Shown piece after piece: positions 41,128-55,264 of a stretch of 64,000 nucleotides of DNA; the first letter of the stretch is position 1; each line of letters begins with the position of its first letter. The stretch comes from Eledone cirrhosa (Eukaryota): positions 54,436,001 to 54,500,000 of the forward strand of contig OZ024748.1 of assembly GCA_964016885.1 (NCBI GenBank), in the 5' to 3' direction. The position numbers were made by a program, and so were the translations under genes. The notes beneath the pieces are model-generated. The model ran no database searches and was not told where the DNA came from. It was given only the letters and a program-made list of their open reading frames with translations.

Positions 41128-44100
41128 CAATTGATACTGCAAGCTTGAGTGAAAAGGAACTGGATGACCAATTTAGATGCCAGACTTGTACACAGACATT
41201 CACAAACATAGATTCACTTTACACTCATCAAAATGATCTTGGGCACCTGGAGTTGAAGCAAACACCGCGTGGTCCCGGTTACCTGTGCTGGAAGAAAGGT
41301 TGTAATCAGTATTTCAAAACTGGCCACTCGTTGCAAGTTCATTTCCGTGAAATCCATGCCAAACGGCAGAAAATCTCAATATCTGAGCGACACGTCTACA
41401 AATATAGGTGCCACCAGTGTAGCCTCGCTTTTAAGACTATTGATAAACTACAGCAACACTCCCACTACCATTTGATCCGAGAATCAACTCGGTGCAGTAT
41501 CTGTGGTCGGAGTTTCCGCTCAACGTTGGCACTGAAAAAACATATTGAGCTGGCGCATTCTGATGGAACCGAGAACTCTACATCAATAACTGGGGTGCCT
41601 ATTAATGATGCTGATCTGATGAATAGCCAGGCTGGAGGCTGGGGTATCTGTTCAAAGTTGGATGTTTCCCCTGGACCTGGTTTAATGGCCCCCAGTGACA
41701 TGCCAGGTCTTCATGCAAATTCCATGACCCTGCCGATGATCTGCAAAAGCCCATCTTCTATAGACTCTAAACCATCTATTCCAACTCTAGAACCCATGGG
41801 GTCTCTGCTGAGCAGCACATTGATAAAGACGGAACCATTGGATAAAAATGAGACTGACAGACCCCTCGCTGCTTATGATAGTAGCATTGACCTCAACAGC
41901 AGCATCATGAACGGTGAAAGTAAAGCTGAGCTAGCTGATAACTTAATGCTGGATGAATCCATTCCAGGTGAAGGCGATGAAGGTAGTTTGGATAGTGTTT
42001 CCAGTTCATATAAAGAGCAACAGTTCATGGAGGACTACATCAACAGCCAGGCCATTGCTGAAGGCAGTTATGAAGACCCACTGCGTAAGTTCAAATGCCA
42101 CAGATGTAAGGTGGCCTTCACAAAGCAGAGTTACTTGACTGCCCACAACAAAACTTTACAACACCGGAAAGGGGACAAGTTGAGCTATCCAATGGAAAAG
42201 TATTTGGATCCTAATCGTCCTTATAAATGTGATGTATGCAAAGAATCCTTCACTCAAAAGAACATTCTACTAGTACATTATAATTCTGTCTCTCATCTGC
42301 ACAAGCTGAAGCAGACTCAGCAGCTTGGTGGTTTATCGGCGCCAATAATGCCAACTTCTTGTACACTGACCTCCTCCACCCCTTCCTCAACTCCTACGCC
42401 TACCTCTTGTTCCTCCTCCCCGTCTCCTTCCCTTTTAGCCACAATTGCTGTGCCCACTTCAACCTGTCCATCAACCTGTCCATCTATGAGTGCAGCTGAT
42501 TTGGAGAAAAAGCCATATCGATGCAACCTGTGCAAAGTTGCATATAACCAAGGTTCAACTCTAGACATACATATCCGTTCTGTTCTGCACCAAGCAAGGG
42601 CTTCAAAGCTACCTGAATTTGCGATGTCCGGGCAGATCGACCTGTCACTCCCTCTTATTGAGCAGCCAGAAGTGCCAAAATCCCAGAATCACTCTCAGCA
42701 ACAACACCATCATCTACAACAGCCGCAACCGTTACAACATCCACAACCACATTTGTCTTTATTACCCCAGCCCGATCAACAGCCCAATCTTCATTCTGGC
42801 CATTCTCAGCTTCCGCTACAATTTTCAACACACTCATCTCATTCAAAGCAGCCATCGCTGCCGGACATTTTACAGAAACAGCAGTCAATGGTGACTGCCA
42901 ACAGCTCTCTATCTCAAGCACCACCTCTCTTGTTCTCTAGCATGCCCAACTCTTTGACAGGAATTCCAAATATGCTGCCCATTTCATCTCTGTCTACAAT
43001 GTCTTCATCAACTCCTCAACCTGAATTTTCCATAGCCTCTTCCACATGTGATGCATTCACAACATCAGCTCTGTCTTCTAGTGGACACCCTGTACCTCTA
43101 TTTAGCACCCCAGATTTCGGCATGAATGGCTCACACGACGAGATGTCTTTGAAACTTGCCGAAGGTGGCAGCGGCTCAGATCTCCATGCCATGTCTCCAA
43201 TGATGAATATCGGCATCCATGCTTGCCAAAACTGCAATTCTGTGTTCAGCAACCAGGACACACTGTTACAACACCAACAGAGTTATGGTTGCCTGCAGTC
43301 TGGAACAATAAGTCCAATTTCTCAGTCTGCACAGAATCTCTTCCGATCACGCAACTACATTACACGTTTCAAGCAACACGTGCATCGAAACCTGTTGGAA
43401 AACATAGGCTTTGAGTGTGTGATGCAGTTTAATGAGTTCAACCAGCCATCGAATGTGAAGAAAGAATGTTGCACTGGTGATGTCATTGACAAAAAAGTCG
43501 AGGATAAACAACAGCAGCAGCAGCAGCAACAACAACAACCACAGCAGCAGCAGCTGCCATCACTGAACTCGCCAAAAGAAAGTATCAAGCAGCTTCCAGA
43601 AAAGCAAGTTACAGAGACATTGAAGACTGATCTACCGGAGATCAACAAGAGCGTATGCACATGGTGCAACAAGGAATTCTCGAGTGTGTGGGTGTTGAAA
43701 GCTCACCAAGAGGAGATCCACAAGTTGACGGTTCCTATTGAGTACATTGAAGAGTTTGGTTCCAAATTCAAGAGTAGCTATGAAAAAAGACAGCCCAAAG
43801 AACCAGAGCCCCTAATGACGCCAGCACCTCCACCCCCGCCCTTACACATTACGCCTGTGTCGCACAGCGCACCGACGACGCAGCCAGCACCGGTTGCAGC
43901 AGTACCCGCATCGCAGCCATCCTCATCTTCGTCATCATCGTCGTCGTCTTCTTCATCCCAGGTAGTGAACGAGAGGGTTCTGCCCCACGGTCAGGACATG
44001 GCTATGGGCCAGAATCCGCTCGACTTTTCACAAATGGTGCCGATGTTCAACATGATGCATATGCCAATGCCAATGAACATGAACCTGGCTATGGGTATGC

Positions 44101-47100
44101 ACCCTCCACTGATGCCTCTGATGATGCCGCCTTCCTTAGAGAGCAGCTTTATGCCTCCAATCACAATGATTGACCCTAACTTTCTGGCAGCACAGCAGCA
44201 AGCGCAGCATGCACAAAACCAGAAGCGAGCACGGACACGCATCAACGATGAGCAGTTGAAGATACTGCGTGCCAACTTTGATATCAACAACTCCCCCAGC
44301 GAAGAACAGATTGTTCAAATGTCCGAACAGTCTGGCCTGCCCCAAAAAGTTATTAAGCACTGGTTCAGAAATACCCTTTTTAAAGAGCGACAACGGAATA
44401 AGGATTCACCATACAACTTCAGCAACCCGCCACAGACCACGATAAACTTAGAAGAGTACGAGAAAACCGGTCGGATACCATCACCTTCGGAACATGATCT
44501 CGACGCGGATTTCAAGGAAGACATGAAGAATCGTTATGACGACCAACTGGATGAGTGTGATTTGCCTTCCCAGATGGACCATTCTTGCAATGAACCAGAA
44601 TACACGTCTTCAGTGACCTCTGTTCCGATCACCTTCCCCGCTGCAATGGCGCTTCCATCACCCATGGTCAACCATCTCCCTCAACCGGTACCAAACCACA
44701 TTGCATCAACTCCAGTCGGACCTCGTCATATTCCTCTCGACTTCCAAGAAAAACCCGATTTCTTCAGCAGCACCAACAGCATCAGCAGCAACAACAACAG
44801 TAGCATCAGCATCAGCAACAGCATCAGCAACAGCATCAGCAACAGCATCAGTAGCAACCATCTCAACAACAGCCACCATAACACCAACAACAATAACAGC
44901 ATCAATAGCCACATAAACAGCAGTAATAACAACAACAACAGTAACAACAACAGCATTATTCTCAACAGCAGCAGTAGCAGTAACAATGGCAATAACAATA
45001 GTAACAGTGGAAGCAATAATTCCCAAAGTGGGTCCGGCAAACGAGCGAACCGAACCCGCTTCACTGACTATCAGATCAAAGTACTCCAAGAGTACTTTGA
45101 ACAGAACGCTTATCCAAAGGACGATGACCTTGATCACCTATCGAAGCTGCTTAACCTTAGTCCTAGAGTAATCGTGGTGTGGTTTCAAAATGCACGACAG
45201 AAGGCTAGGAAGATTTACGAAAACCAATCCCCTGTTGATATCAGAGATGATGGCTCGGGCACCTTTAACCGATCTGGTCCTAACTATCAATATCAGTGCA
45301 AAAAGTGCCATTCAATCTTCCCACGTTATTATGATCTAATGAAGCATCAAAAACGACAAAATTGTCATGAAGGTGAAAAAAGTGGCTCTCTAAACGCCAC
45401 TCATGACGAGGACAGTAATTCTACCGTTACCTCCCAGGAGGACACTAGCCACTCAGAGTCAAGTGAAACTCACACAGCAGATTTGTCGAAACCCATTTCA
45501 ACGATTGCAAACAGCAATTGTGGCCCTGTCAAAGAAGTGACGTCCACTTCAACTGTAATGGCCATCATTAGTGCCAATCAGGCCACGCAGTCGACTGCTG
45601 CTGCCCCTCCCACTGTGACCACTGCAGTTTCTTCCACGTTGTCCTCTTCCTCCTCCGCGTCTTCTTCTTCGCCTTCCTCCACCTCCCCAACAATAAACAC
45701 CATTCCTTCTTCTTCAACGTCCTTACTGAGCCTGCCGGCCCCTGCCGTTTCTGTTCCCTGCCCCAGCACTGGTACTAGTGGTGCTGCTGGTGGTAGTGGT
45801 GGTGGTGTGTTGTCCTCCACCTCTTTAGCCAGCAATAACAACAACAGCAGTAGCAGCAGTAGTAGCAGTAGCAATAGCAGCAGCAGCAGCATTGGCACTA
45901 AGAACGAACTGCACAGGTGCGACAAATGTAATCTATTCTTCCCCAAAATCGAACAATGGCAGGAGCATTTAAATGTCCATTCTCTGAACCCGAACCTCTT
46001 TCCGAACTTCCCCAACGACAGTACATTCAGTGTGCTACCAACAGTATCTCCCTCACCCCAGTCCCAAATGCAGCAGCAACAAGCGACCACGCATCAACTC
46101 AGCCTGCTGCATGACAAATCATTAACGCCGATAAAGCGCAAAGCTGAAGAGGAAGAAGAGGAAAGAGACCAGCCGAGAGACAAACGATTGCGAACGACTA
46201 TTTTACCTGAACAATTAGATTACCTGTATCAAAAATATCAGATTGACTGCAACCCTAGTCGTAAGCAGCTGGAGACCATTGCTTCGGAGGTGGGGTTAAA
46301 GAAACGAGTTGTACAGGTGTGGTTTCAAAATACTAGAGCACGGGAGCGCAAAGGGCAATATAGGGCACATCAGCAGCTCATACATAAACGTTGCCCATTC
46401 TGTCGTGCTTTATTCCGAGCAAAATCTGCTCTGGAATCGCATTTAGCAACCAAACATCCTGAGGAAATGGCGAAGGGCGAAATAAATATTGATAACATTC
46501 CTGATGCAACTGTCGATTCGACACCTCCACCCCCTCCACCTCCACCTGTTTCCCAGGCAGCTTCGTCTTCTACCCACTCTACAGGTAACCAAGATCTCAG
46601 TAAATTGTTATCTCCTTCGAGTATGCAGCACTTCCTGCCTTTCATGCCGCAAGGCAATTTAGGAATGGGTTTTTCTGGGCTCTCTGATCCTCTACAGACA
46701 TCAATGAGACAATTCTGTGAAGCTTCGTTCAAGAAGTTCATCAGTGAACTCAGTGCCGCTAGCCACGTTCAGCGTCCGTCACAAGCTGCTATCGAGTCTC
46801 CCCAGAGCAAGCAGGCAACGTCCGAACCCGAGAAAAAGCAGCCAGCACGAGTTGAGAGTAAGAGCTCTGAGGACAATGATGCTCCCCTTGATCTTAGCAA
46901 ACCCATCCGCGTGAACACCGATTGTGAAAAGACTTCATCAGATGGTCCATCTACTGATATGAGTGAGAGAAGCATGGATGGATACCTTCGCAGACATAGT
47001 CTAGACGATTCTGTATCAGAAACACATTCCGAGAGCCATGAAGTTGAAGGGTGTGAGGACTCTAGCGGTTTGATGGAGCACAGCCCGTCATCGCCAGCTA

Positions 47101-47655
47101 ACGCTACATCATCATCTTCCTCCTCGTCCCATCAGCATGGCAAACGTTATCGTACTCAGATGAGCAGTATGCAGGTCAGAGTGATGAAAACATTATTTGC
47201 CGACTATAAAACGCCAACAATGGCGGAATGCGAGATGCTCGGCAGAGAAATAGCTTTACCCAAGCGTGTCGTTCAAGTCTGGTTCCAGAATGCCCGAGCG
47301 AAAGAAAAGAAAAACAAACTGGCATACACCAAGACTTTTGGAACGGATGTGGATTTCTCTAAACCACCCGAAGAGTGCACATTGTGCAACTTTAAATACT
47401 CGCACAAGTATACGGTGCAAGATCACATTTTCACAAAGAAACACATTGACAATGTGCGTCAGTTTATTCAGTCGCAGTCGAATGCAGAGAGGGAGTTGGC
47501 GGACCCTTCAGGAATGACAAAAATGTTGCAACAACAGCGTGAAATTGAGCGTATGCGTAAAGTCTGGGATGAAGCCTCTGTTGCCAGCTCACCACACCTG
47601 GCCCAGCTACAGGCAATGAGACTCAATGCACTCGGTCTGCAAAGTACTTCCAGTG
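41128..47655 (+). CDS. ZFHX3/4: ZFHX giant coding exon (6528 nt): about 13 zinc fingers and all four homeodomains
   Basis: Contained in the 2220-aa ORF. Acceptor tttttattttcag ends at 41127 and donor G|gtaagt starts at 47656. Family-typical motifs include YKCDVCKESFTQKNILLVHYNSVSHLHK, LLENIGFECVMQFNE and WFRNTLFKERQRNKDSPYNF. Confidence 0.97.
44220..44399 (+). other. Homeobox 1 (QKRARTRINDEQL...HWFRNTLFKERQR)
   Basis: 60-codon homeodomain with the WFRN helix-3 variant typical of ZFHX HD1. Confidence 0.95.
45039..45218 (+). other. Homeobox 2 (KRANRTRFTDYQI...VWFQNARQKARK)
   Basis: Canonical WFQN helix 3. Confidence 0.95.
46179..46358 (+). other. Homeobox 3 (DKRLRTTILPEQL...VWFQNTRARERK)
   Basis: Canonical WFQN helix 3, followed by the CPFCRALF finger as in ZFHX3/4. 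Confidence 0.95.
47139..47318 (+). other. Homeobox 4 (GKRYRTQMSSMQV...VWFQNARAKEKK)
   Basis: Canonical WFQN helix 3. Confidence 0.95.
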
Positions 47656-48127
47656 GTAAGTTTTTGTCTTATATATTTCTTCTTTTATTCATTTATTTAA
47701 TTCCTATAAATATATACATATCATCATTATCACTGTTTAACATCTATTGTCTATGCCTGTATGGGTTAGACTGGCTCTCACATTATGACACCAGACAAAT
47801 CAGGTGACCATGCCCTGCTTTTTGGCCTTATTTTCTAGGGCTAGATGCCCTTCTTAATGCCAACCACCTTACAGAATGAACTGGGTGATTTTTGGCATGA
47901 CACCAGTATGGCTGCTTTGCAGGATGGACTGGATGGTTTCTGTTGTGGTACCAGTCTATATATATTTATATATATATATATGTAATCAGTAACCTTTCTG
48001 TAAAACTTCAGTTTTTTTTGGGGGGGGGGGCTAGTAATAAACAATTATAAATAATTTCAGCCAAAATTTGGTATTCAATTTGTTTTTATTGGTCTAATAT
48101 ATTTGTTCTCTCATTTTTCTTCTTTAG

Positions 48128-48220
48128 CATTTAACACGCCATTTAATGCAAGCTCTTTTTTCCCTGATGTCAAGAAAGAAACAGTGAAATCAGAAGGGGA
48201 GAAAAAAGACAAGGAAGAAA
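48128..48220 (+). CDS. ZFHX3/4: ZFHX small coding exon (93 nt; AFNTPFNASSFFPDVKKETVKSEGEKKDKEE)
   Basis: Polypyrimidine acceptor ttttcttctttag ends at 48127 and donor A|gtaata starts at 48221. The frame is open and phase 1-1. It is too short to appear in the ORF track. Confidence 0.75.
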
Positions 48221-48989
48221 GTAATATTCAGTTTATTTAATTACAATAATAATTTTGAGTGTTAAATTAACAACATTTCTCTTTGATGACATTTGCATGC
48301 TGTGGGTGTGTTGCTGAGTGGGTTTATTTGCTTGTGTACTGTACAAAAAAAGGTGTGGATTGTTACATGGAGAGACATAGACTATGTATAAGAGTCTTTA
48401 GCCCTAGGTCAGCCTTTTTAAAAGACAGTCGAATGCAACTTTGCTGTTTTGATATCAATCTGCTCCAAACTGGTTCTGTGGAACAAAACCCTCCATTTTA
48501 ATGGGTTTTAGTCTATATTAAAATATGCCAACAATTTTATATAAAATCTTTTTTGTCATATTACAAATCCTATCTTAATAATTGAAATATTTATGGTAAA
48601 TCTTTCCAAATTTTTCCATTGGTTAATTCAAATATCTGGAATCCATTTTATCATCAATATCATAACAAAAGGGCCAAGAGATTTTTTTTAGCTACTGTTT
48701 CTAGTATGTCAAATGACTTCCTAAAAGTACTTCCATTAATCTGAGGATGAGGACTGAACAATGAATAACTGTGGATGTCAGCCGGGTCTATTTGTTTGTT
48801 TATGAGGATGAAGCTGGATGATACTTGTTGAATTTTAGTTGGCCTTTTGCTTATAATTTTCAATATTTCCAAGTCAGATATTTCTCTTTAGTCTAGTATC
48901 TATGTTACAAATAATTATTACCATCATAATAATTTGTTTTTGCAATATTTCTAAATTAAATTTTTCTTCTTATCTCTTCCTTTGTACAG

Positions 48990-49154
48990 CACAAAGTCGT
49001 CGAGAAGCAACAAACTTCCTCTCCCCTCAATTAATGTCTCCTTTTACCGGATTAGGTTTTGAACCAGGTTTAATACCAAGTATATACACAGGATTTCCAA
49101 ACTTTTTCTCTGGAGGAGTAAATCTTCCACTTTTCCAATTTGGTTTAATGCCAG
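48990..49154 (+). CDS. ZFHX3/4: ZFHX coding exon (165 nt; QSRREATNFLSPQLMSPF...FGLMP)
   Basis: Acceptor ctcttcctttgtacag ends at 48989 and donor CCAG|gtgagg starts at 49155. Phase 1-1. Confidence 0.85.
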
Positions 49155-49739
49155 GTGAGGTCCTATTTCTTTCTTACACATTTCTTCTTTTTAAATTACT
49201 TCATTTTCTCTGTGGTTGTCAGTAATATGGTTTATGTTTATGGTTTTCTCTGTGAACTGGCAATTATTTTACTGCAGCCTAATGGCATCCCCATCCACCA
49301 TACCTGTAATTGGAAAAAGTAGGTTGTTGTTTAGCTGAGAGGGCTGGGATATGGTTTTGAAGGGGCTGTTTGAATTTAATTTGTGGTTGATGCAGTACGG
49401 ATTTGGATGTAGGATTATAGTTTGGATTGGCTTGGGTTTGTGGATAGCATGAGTTACTTGAGATTTGTATACATTCTAGTTGTGATACATACAGCCTTAG
49501 TTATATTATATGATGGTTGTAATAGCTTTCTGCCACCAATTGCCTTCAACTTGTTACCACTGAGCCAAGATATTTCACTATTGAAATCATGCAGAGGCTG
49601 ACATAACATATGCTAATGGAAGTTGGTTTGTCCCTTCCTTTCTTGTGTTGTAAAATCCAAAGAAATTAATAATTTTTTTTCTTTTCTTTCTTTTTTGTTG
49701 TTTACACAATTTTCTAATATTCTTTTTTATTTTTTACAG

Positions 49740-50431
49740 GGATGGAACAGCTACTTGCCTATGACCCTGTAACATTTGGAACTCCTTTATCTTTATTACA
49801 AATACCAGAACAAGCTCGACGCCATGTCAGTGCCAAACTTATAGAGCCGAGTTCTTCTGTAGCCCAGTATACCCAAGATTGTAAGACTCTTGCAGATCTC
49901 AAATCTGCTGTGACTGAGACCGATTTTAAATGTGCCCAAGAGAGCACTGTAGATGTTGGTTATATATGCAAGAAGTGCCACATAGTGTATCCTGGCAAAG
50001 ATGGTTGTGACAATCATCAACACTTGATATGTTTTCCAGCAGGAAAAGTATCTGATGGCATTAAGCCAATTTTAAAACTTGAACAACTACAGTATGAATG
50101 TCTAGCATGCCAAGATAAATTCTCCACGTCGCAAGAATTTATACTACACTGTAATCAAGATGTTCACAAAAGCAAAGCTTTACGCCATTTCTCCAAGAGT
50201 GAGTGGAGATTAGCACCCTCCCTTACACCTGCCCCTTCAGAAAACAGTAGTAGTAGTAGTACAAAAGAGTCCAAATTGCCTAGCACTTCCCAATTGAGCT
50301 CACTGACTAAATGTCAGGGTCGAGGGAGCGAGAAAACTCCTTCGGCACCCTCAGACTCTGCTGCCTCCTCTATCAGTTTGGCTGACCAAGCTAACCGACC
50401 AAGTGAGCCCAAAAAAGCCAAACTGGAATGA
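49740..50431 (+). CDS. ZFHX3/4: ZFHX terminal coding exon: two C-terminal zinc fingers, ending EPKKAKLE*
   Basis: Acceptor ttttattttttacag ends at 49739. Fingers are CKKC...HQHLIC and CLAC...HCNQDVH. TGA stop at 50429-50431. Confidence 0.92.
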
Positions 50432-52804
50432 ATGATATAAATAAAATAAAATAAAAAAAATAAAATAAACAATTTAAAAAAAAATGTGAGAAAGAGAGCG
50501 AGAGAGAAAGAAAAAAAGGAAGTTATCTTTGTCCTCCTCCTGATTATTATTAAAAAAAATATAAACAAATAAACAAATGAATTTTTAAAAAAAATTCAAA
50601 CAAGCAACAAAAAAAAAAACAACAGCAACAACAACACAACAAAAATAATACAATAAAACAATAGAAACAAAAACAAAGAAAAGAATGGTTGTTCTACATG
50701 ATTTCTCTGTACATCTTTCTCTACATATCGTCTCATCTTGCACAATTTTGTGATTGCTCTCTTGAAGTCTAGTTTTTTTTGTTTTTTTTTTCTGGTTTTC
50801 ATTAAGAAAAAATTTGTTTTTTTCTTCCTTCCTTCCTTCCTTTCATTTCTACCCCTCCCCTCTCTTTATCAGACATTAATTTTATTTTTTTTTCCTGCTA
50901 ATCCAATCATTATTCTATCAATTTAATTTTTTTTTTTTTTTTTTTTTGAAAAAAATGTTACATTTTGATTTTAATCAATTTTTTTTTCTTCTTCCAAATC
51001 TTATTTTTATTTTGTTTTGTTCCAATTCCCCCTCTCTTTCTGTCTTTCTTTCTTTCTCTCTTGACCACTTTCCCTTAAACTATTTCTCTATCTATCTCTA
51101 TCCCTCTCTCTATATACCTCTCCATCTTGCTCTCACCTCTCTCTCCAGTGATACCTATTGGCTGTTGAAATAAGGCCATTTGCTACCTACATGTATACAT
51201 AGATACATACACATGTGTACATACATATATATATCTACATATATATCTCAGTACACATACATATATACATACATACTTGTCTCTTGTATTATCACATGTA
51301 TTATCATACATATTGTACTACCATATCGTTCTATCATCAAAACTGGATGCTCAAGCAAAATATGTTAATATTATTATTATTATTATCATCATTATTATTA
51401 TTATTATCATTATTATAATTTAAAAAAAAAAATAACAAATTAATAAACACGACAAAAAACAAAAAAAAATAATAATAATATTGAAAAAATATAAACAATT
51501 GACAATGATAATGAAAATAAATGAAAACAAACACAAACAATCACGAAATGATGATAAAAAAACAGACATTGCTGCGACAATGAAACAGTATTAATTGACA
51601 AGTAATAAACAAATAATCAAAGATTTGAATATGTATGTATGCATGTGTTTGTTTATATGTATATATGAGTGTATGTGTATATATATATATATAAATATAT
51701 ATACTCACACACTCATATATGTAGGTATATATATATGTGTATATGTATGTGTGTATATATTTATGTATATACACAAAATGTTAATATGAATCTATATATG
51801 TGCGTGTATATATATGTATAGGTTGATGTGTATATGTATACTCACACACCCATATATGTATGTGTGTATATATTTATGTGTATACACAAAATGTTAATAT
51901 GAATCTATATATGTGTGTGTATATGTGTATATATATGTATACATACGCTCATGCCAATATATGTGTGTGTGTGTATATATATGTATAGATTGATGTGTAT
52001 ATATATATGAAGAGGTTATAAAGAAGATATACAAAAGAAAAGTATGGATAGATTTTCTATCCCTGATCTAAAAAGCAAGATGTTCACCAGAATATATTTG
52101 AGCTACACATCTGAATCAACATTAATACAGGCTGAAAGTGATATTCTTAAAAATCTCACACATACACACACATACACACACAGAGGTAACAACCATTACA
52201 TACATCAAACAAAAAAAAGAACAAAACAAAAATGACATTACAAAGGGAGAGTGAGATTTAGGGAAGATAAAGAGAGAAGGATAGAACAAGAGAGAGAGAG
52301 AGAGTTTGAGAGGAGTTGAAAAGAAAATGGAGAAAAAAAAACAATACTAAAAAGTATGAGAGGTTATTATACATAGGTGGATAGAGAGAAAAGTGAGAGA
52401 TGGGAAATGAATAATTCAAAATAATATATATATGTATATATATAAAATATATATATGTATATATGAGGTTAAAAAAATATTTCATATGTTTCATTCAACA
52501 GTATTGTGGCTGGAACCCAGCTGATGTAATAATAATAATAATAATAATAATTATAATAATGTTAACCACCATCATCATCATCACAAAGAACCTTGTAAGA
52601 AGGAAAACCTATTCTGGTCAAAGTGTGCAAGGGTAAACTCACTTAAGACTATGGTAATTATGTAATAACGATAATAATAATGTGTTGGCCCATTTGTGCA
52701 TAGGAATAAACCCTGAGATTTGGACATAGGGGTTAAAACGAAAAATAATAAACGTTTAAAATGTAAAATGAATATATATATATATATATATATATATGCA
52801 TGTG

Positions 52805-52843
<39 letters not shown>

Positions 52844-53613
52844 ATGTATATATATGTGTGTGTGTGTGTGTATGTATATAGTGATATATTTGAAAGCAGT
52901 CAAACATTCTTTTGACATGCTACTTTGTCAAAAAAAAAATAATAATAATAATAATAATAATGATAAACATAAAAAAAACATGAAAAATAAATAGAAGAGA
53001 AAGACAATTGAAAAATAAAAAATATCATAACCTAGATCAAACATTTGGTTATGATTCTGTTGTGTCGTTTTATGTTAAAGATTTACATTGGTTCTGTATA
53101 GGTCATCATTTTCGGCTTCCTACGCTGCCACAAAGGGTAACCAAAACCTTTCTGGCATGCTTACCATTTTATTTTATTTCCAATGTATTTTTCATTATTT
53201 TGTTTTTATTTTTTCAATTTTTTTTTTCTAATTAATCATTTCACGAATATTATTATTATTATTAGTATCATTAACTCTAACTATTATTATTATCATTATT
53301 ACAATTATTATTATTATTATTATTATTTCTGGTTAGATTGTCTTGTATCAATCTGAATAGTGTATAGCAAAATGAAGGAATTCTTGCTAATAAAAGACAT
53401 GCCCTCTCATATTTAACCAGGAATCAAACCTTTGACCGTTTTTTTCCCCATAAAGATTCCAGAATGTTCCAATTGATTATTTTAAGTGGAAGTTTGTTGC
53501 TGACTATAAGTTGATTTTTTTTTAAATTCAATTCAATTTGTTAAATATGACCAACGTATGATATGTATATATATATATATATACACATATATATGTATAT
53601 ATTAATGTTTGTG

Positions 53614-53644
<31 letters not shown>

Positions 53645-54013
53645 GTATGTATATATATGTGTGTGAATGATCTGTATGTATATGTACTTTGTGTGTATGT
53701 GTATGGTTGTCTGTATATATATATACACATCATACACACTTGCGTACAGAAATCTCCCTATATTTCAACCATTTTATACATACACACAAACAAACACATA
53801 ACTACATGCATTCATGCACACACACACACAAACATACACATAGCATTGTATATGTAAGTACATATATATATATATATATATGTGAATGTCTGCTGACTGA
53901 ATAGACCTGGTTTTCAGTCTGTTCATACATACATTTAGGGTACAAGTATAACTGTTTCAGTGTGTATATGTGTAACTACGTATTCATACAATCTTCACAC
54001 TCTAAGCCTCTCC

Positions 54014-54075
<62 letters not shown>

Positions 54076-55216
54076 TTGTGCTGATAGTTAAATCACCATC
54101 ATTTACACATATCTATTCTGAAACCTTACCAAATCTATATTATGCCTAAAAGATACCATTCTGATTTAAACTCTTCCAGATTTCACACAGTACAGTGCCA
54201 TAAGTTCTGACAAGTCAAACCATCATTTACCTCATCATACATAGCTGAAATATATATATATATATATCAACACCACAAACACAACCCCACTCTGTCTTTT
54301 ATAAAAAGAGGATAGGGATAAGGGGGAGACATGAAAAAAAAGATTAGATTTTAAAAACTGATAAATTATGTTTAAAAACAACAAAACAAAGACTCTCACA
54401 GTTTGGAGGATCTAATGTGTGGATGGAGACTTTTGGAGTTAAGAGAAATCAAGCTATCACACCATACCCCCTTTCACAGTTCCCCCCTCTAACCCCAGCC
54501 CTTTTACCAATTCATTTCTCTTCTCTCTTTCATATGAATATATGCATACATTTAATACGTATGTGTATATATATATATGCATATCTGTATCTATCTCTAT
54601 ATATATATGTGTGTGTGTATATGTATGTATATATGTATATACTTAAGTGTTTGAGTGTGTTTATATGTTTGTATGTATGCATAAATGTGCACATTTCGGC
54701 AGTGTATGTATGTATGTATATATATATATATTGTATATATTTGTATGTCCAAATGTATGTATATAGGTATGTATCTACACTTGAGAAAATGTGTGTGGGT
54801 ATATATTCACGAACATAGGTGCAGTCTAATAACTGAAACTAGTAAAAGAATACATACATACATATATATACATACATACATATATGTGTATATATATATA
54901 TGTATGTATATATATACACTCACCCATAAACATACACCCATACATACACACATTTTATAATTCCTCTTCAATCTGTGTTATCTGGTGCTGTCCTTTGTAT
55001 TAGCTTTCTGAAGGCATTTTTAATTTTCTGAAATTATTCATGTGTGTGTGTGTATGGGTCGGTAGACATATCCATGCTTATATACATATATTTTTTCATA
55101 CATATATACATATAGATATACACACATACACACACATCCATGCACATATCTATATATATATATATACATGCATATACATACATACTTACACATATTCACA
55201 CACTCATATGTATATA

Positions 55217-55264
<48 letters not shown>

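Noticed and set aside
41269-47517. Numerous overlapping and antisense ORFs within the giant exon
   Set aside because: They are shadows of the main reading frame and its low-complexity tracts.
47656-47807. Hydrophobic C-terminal tail of the 2220-aa ORF (KFLSYIFLLLFIYL...)
   Set aside because: This is intron read-through past the GTAAGT donor at 47656. The same applies to the hydrophobic ends of the 30745 and 48902 ORFs.
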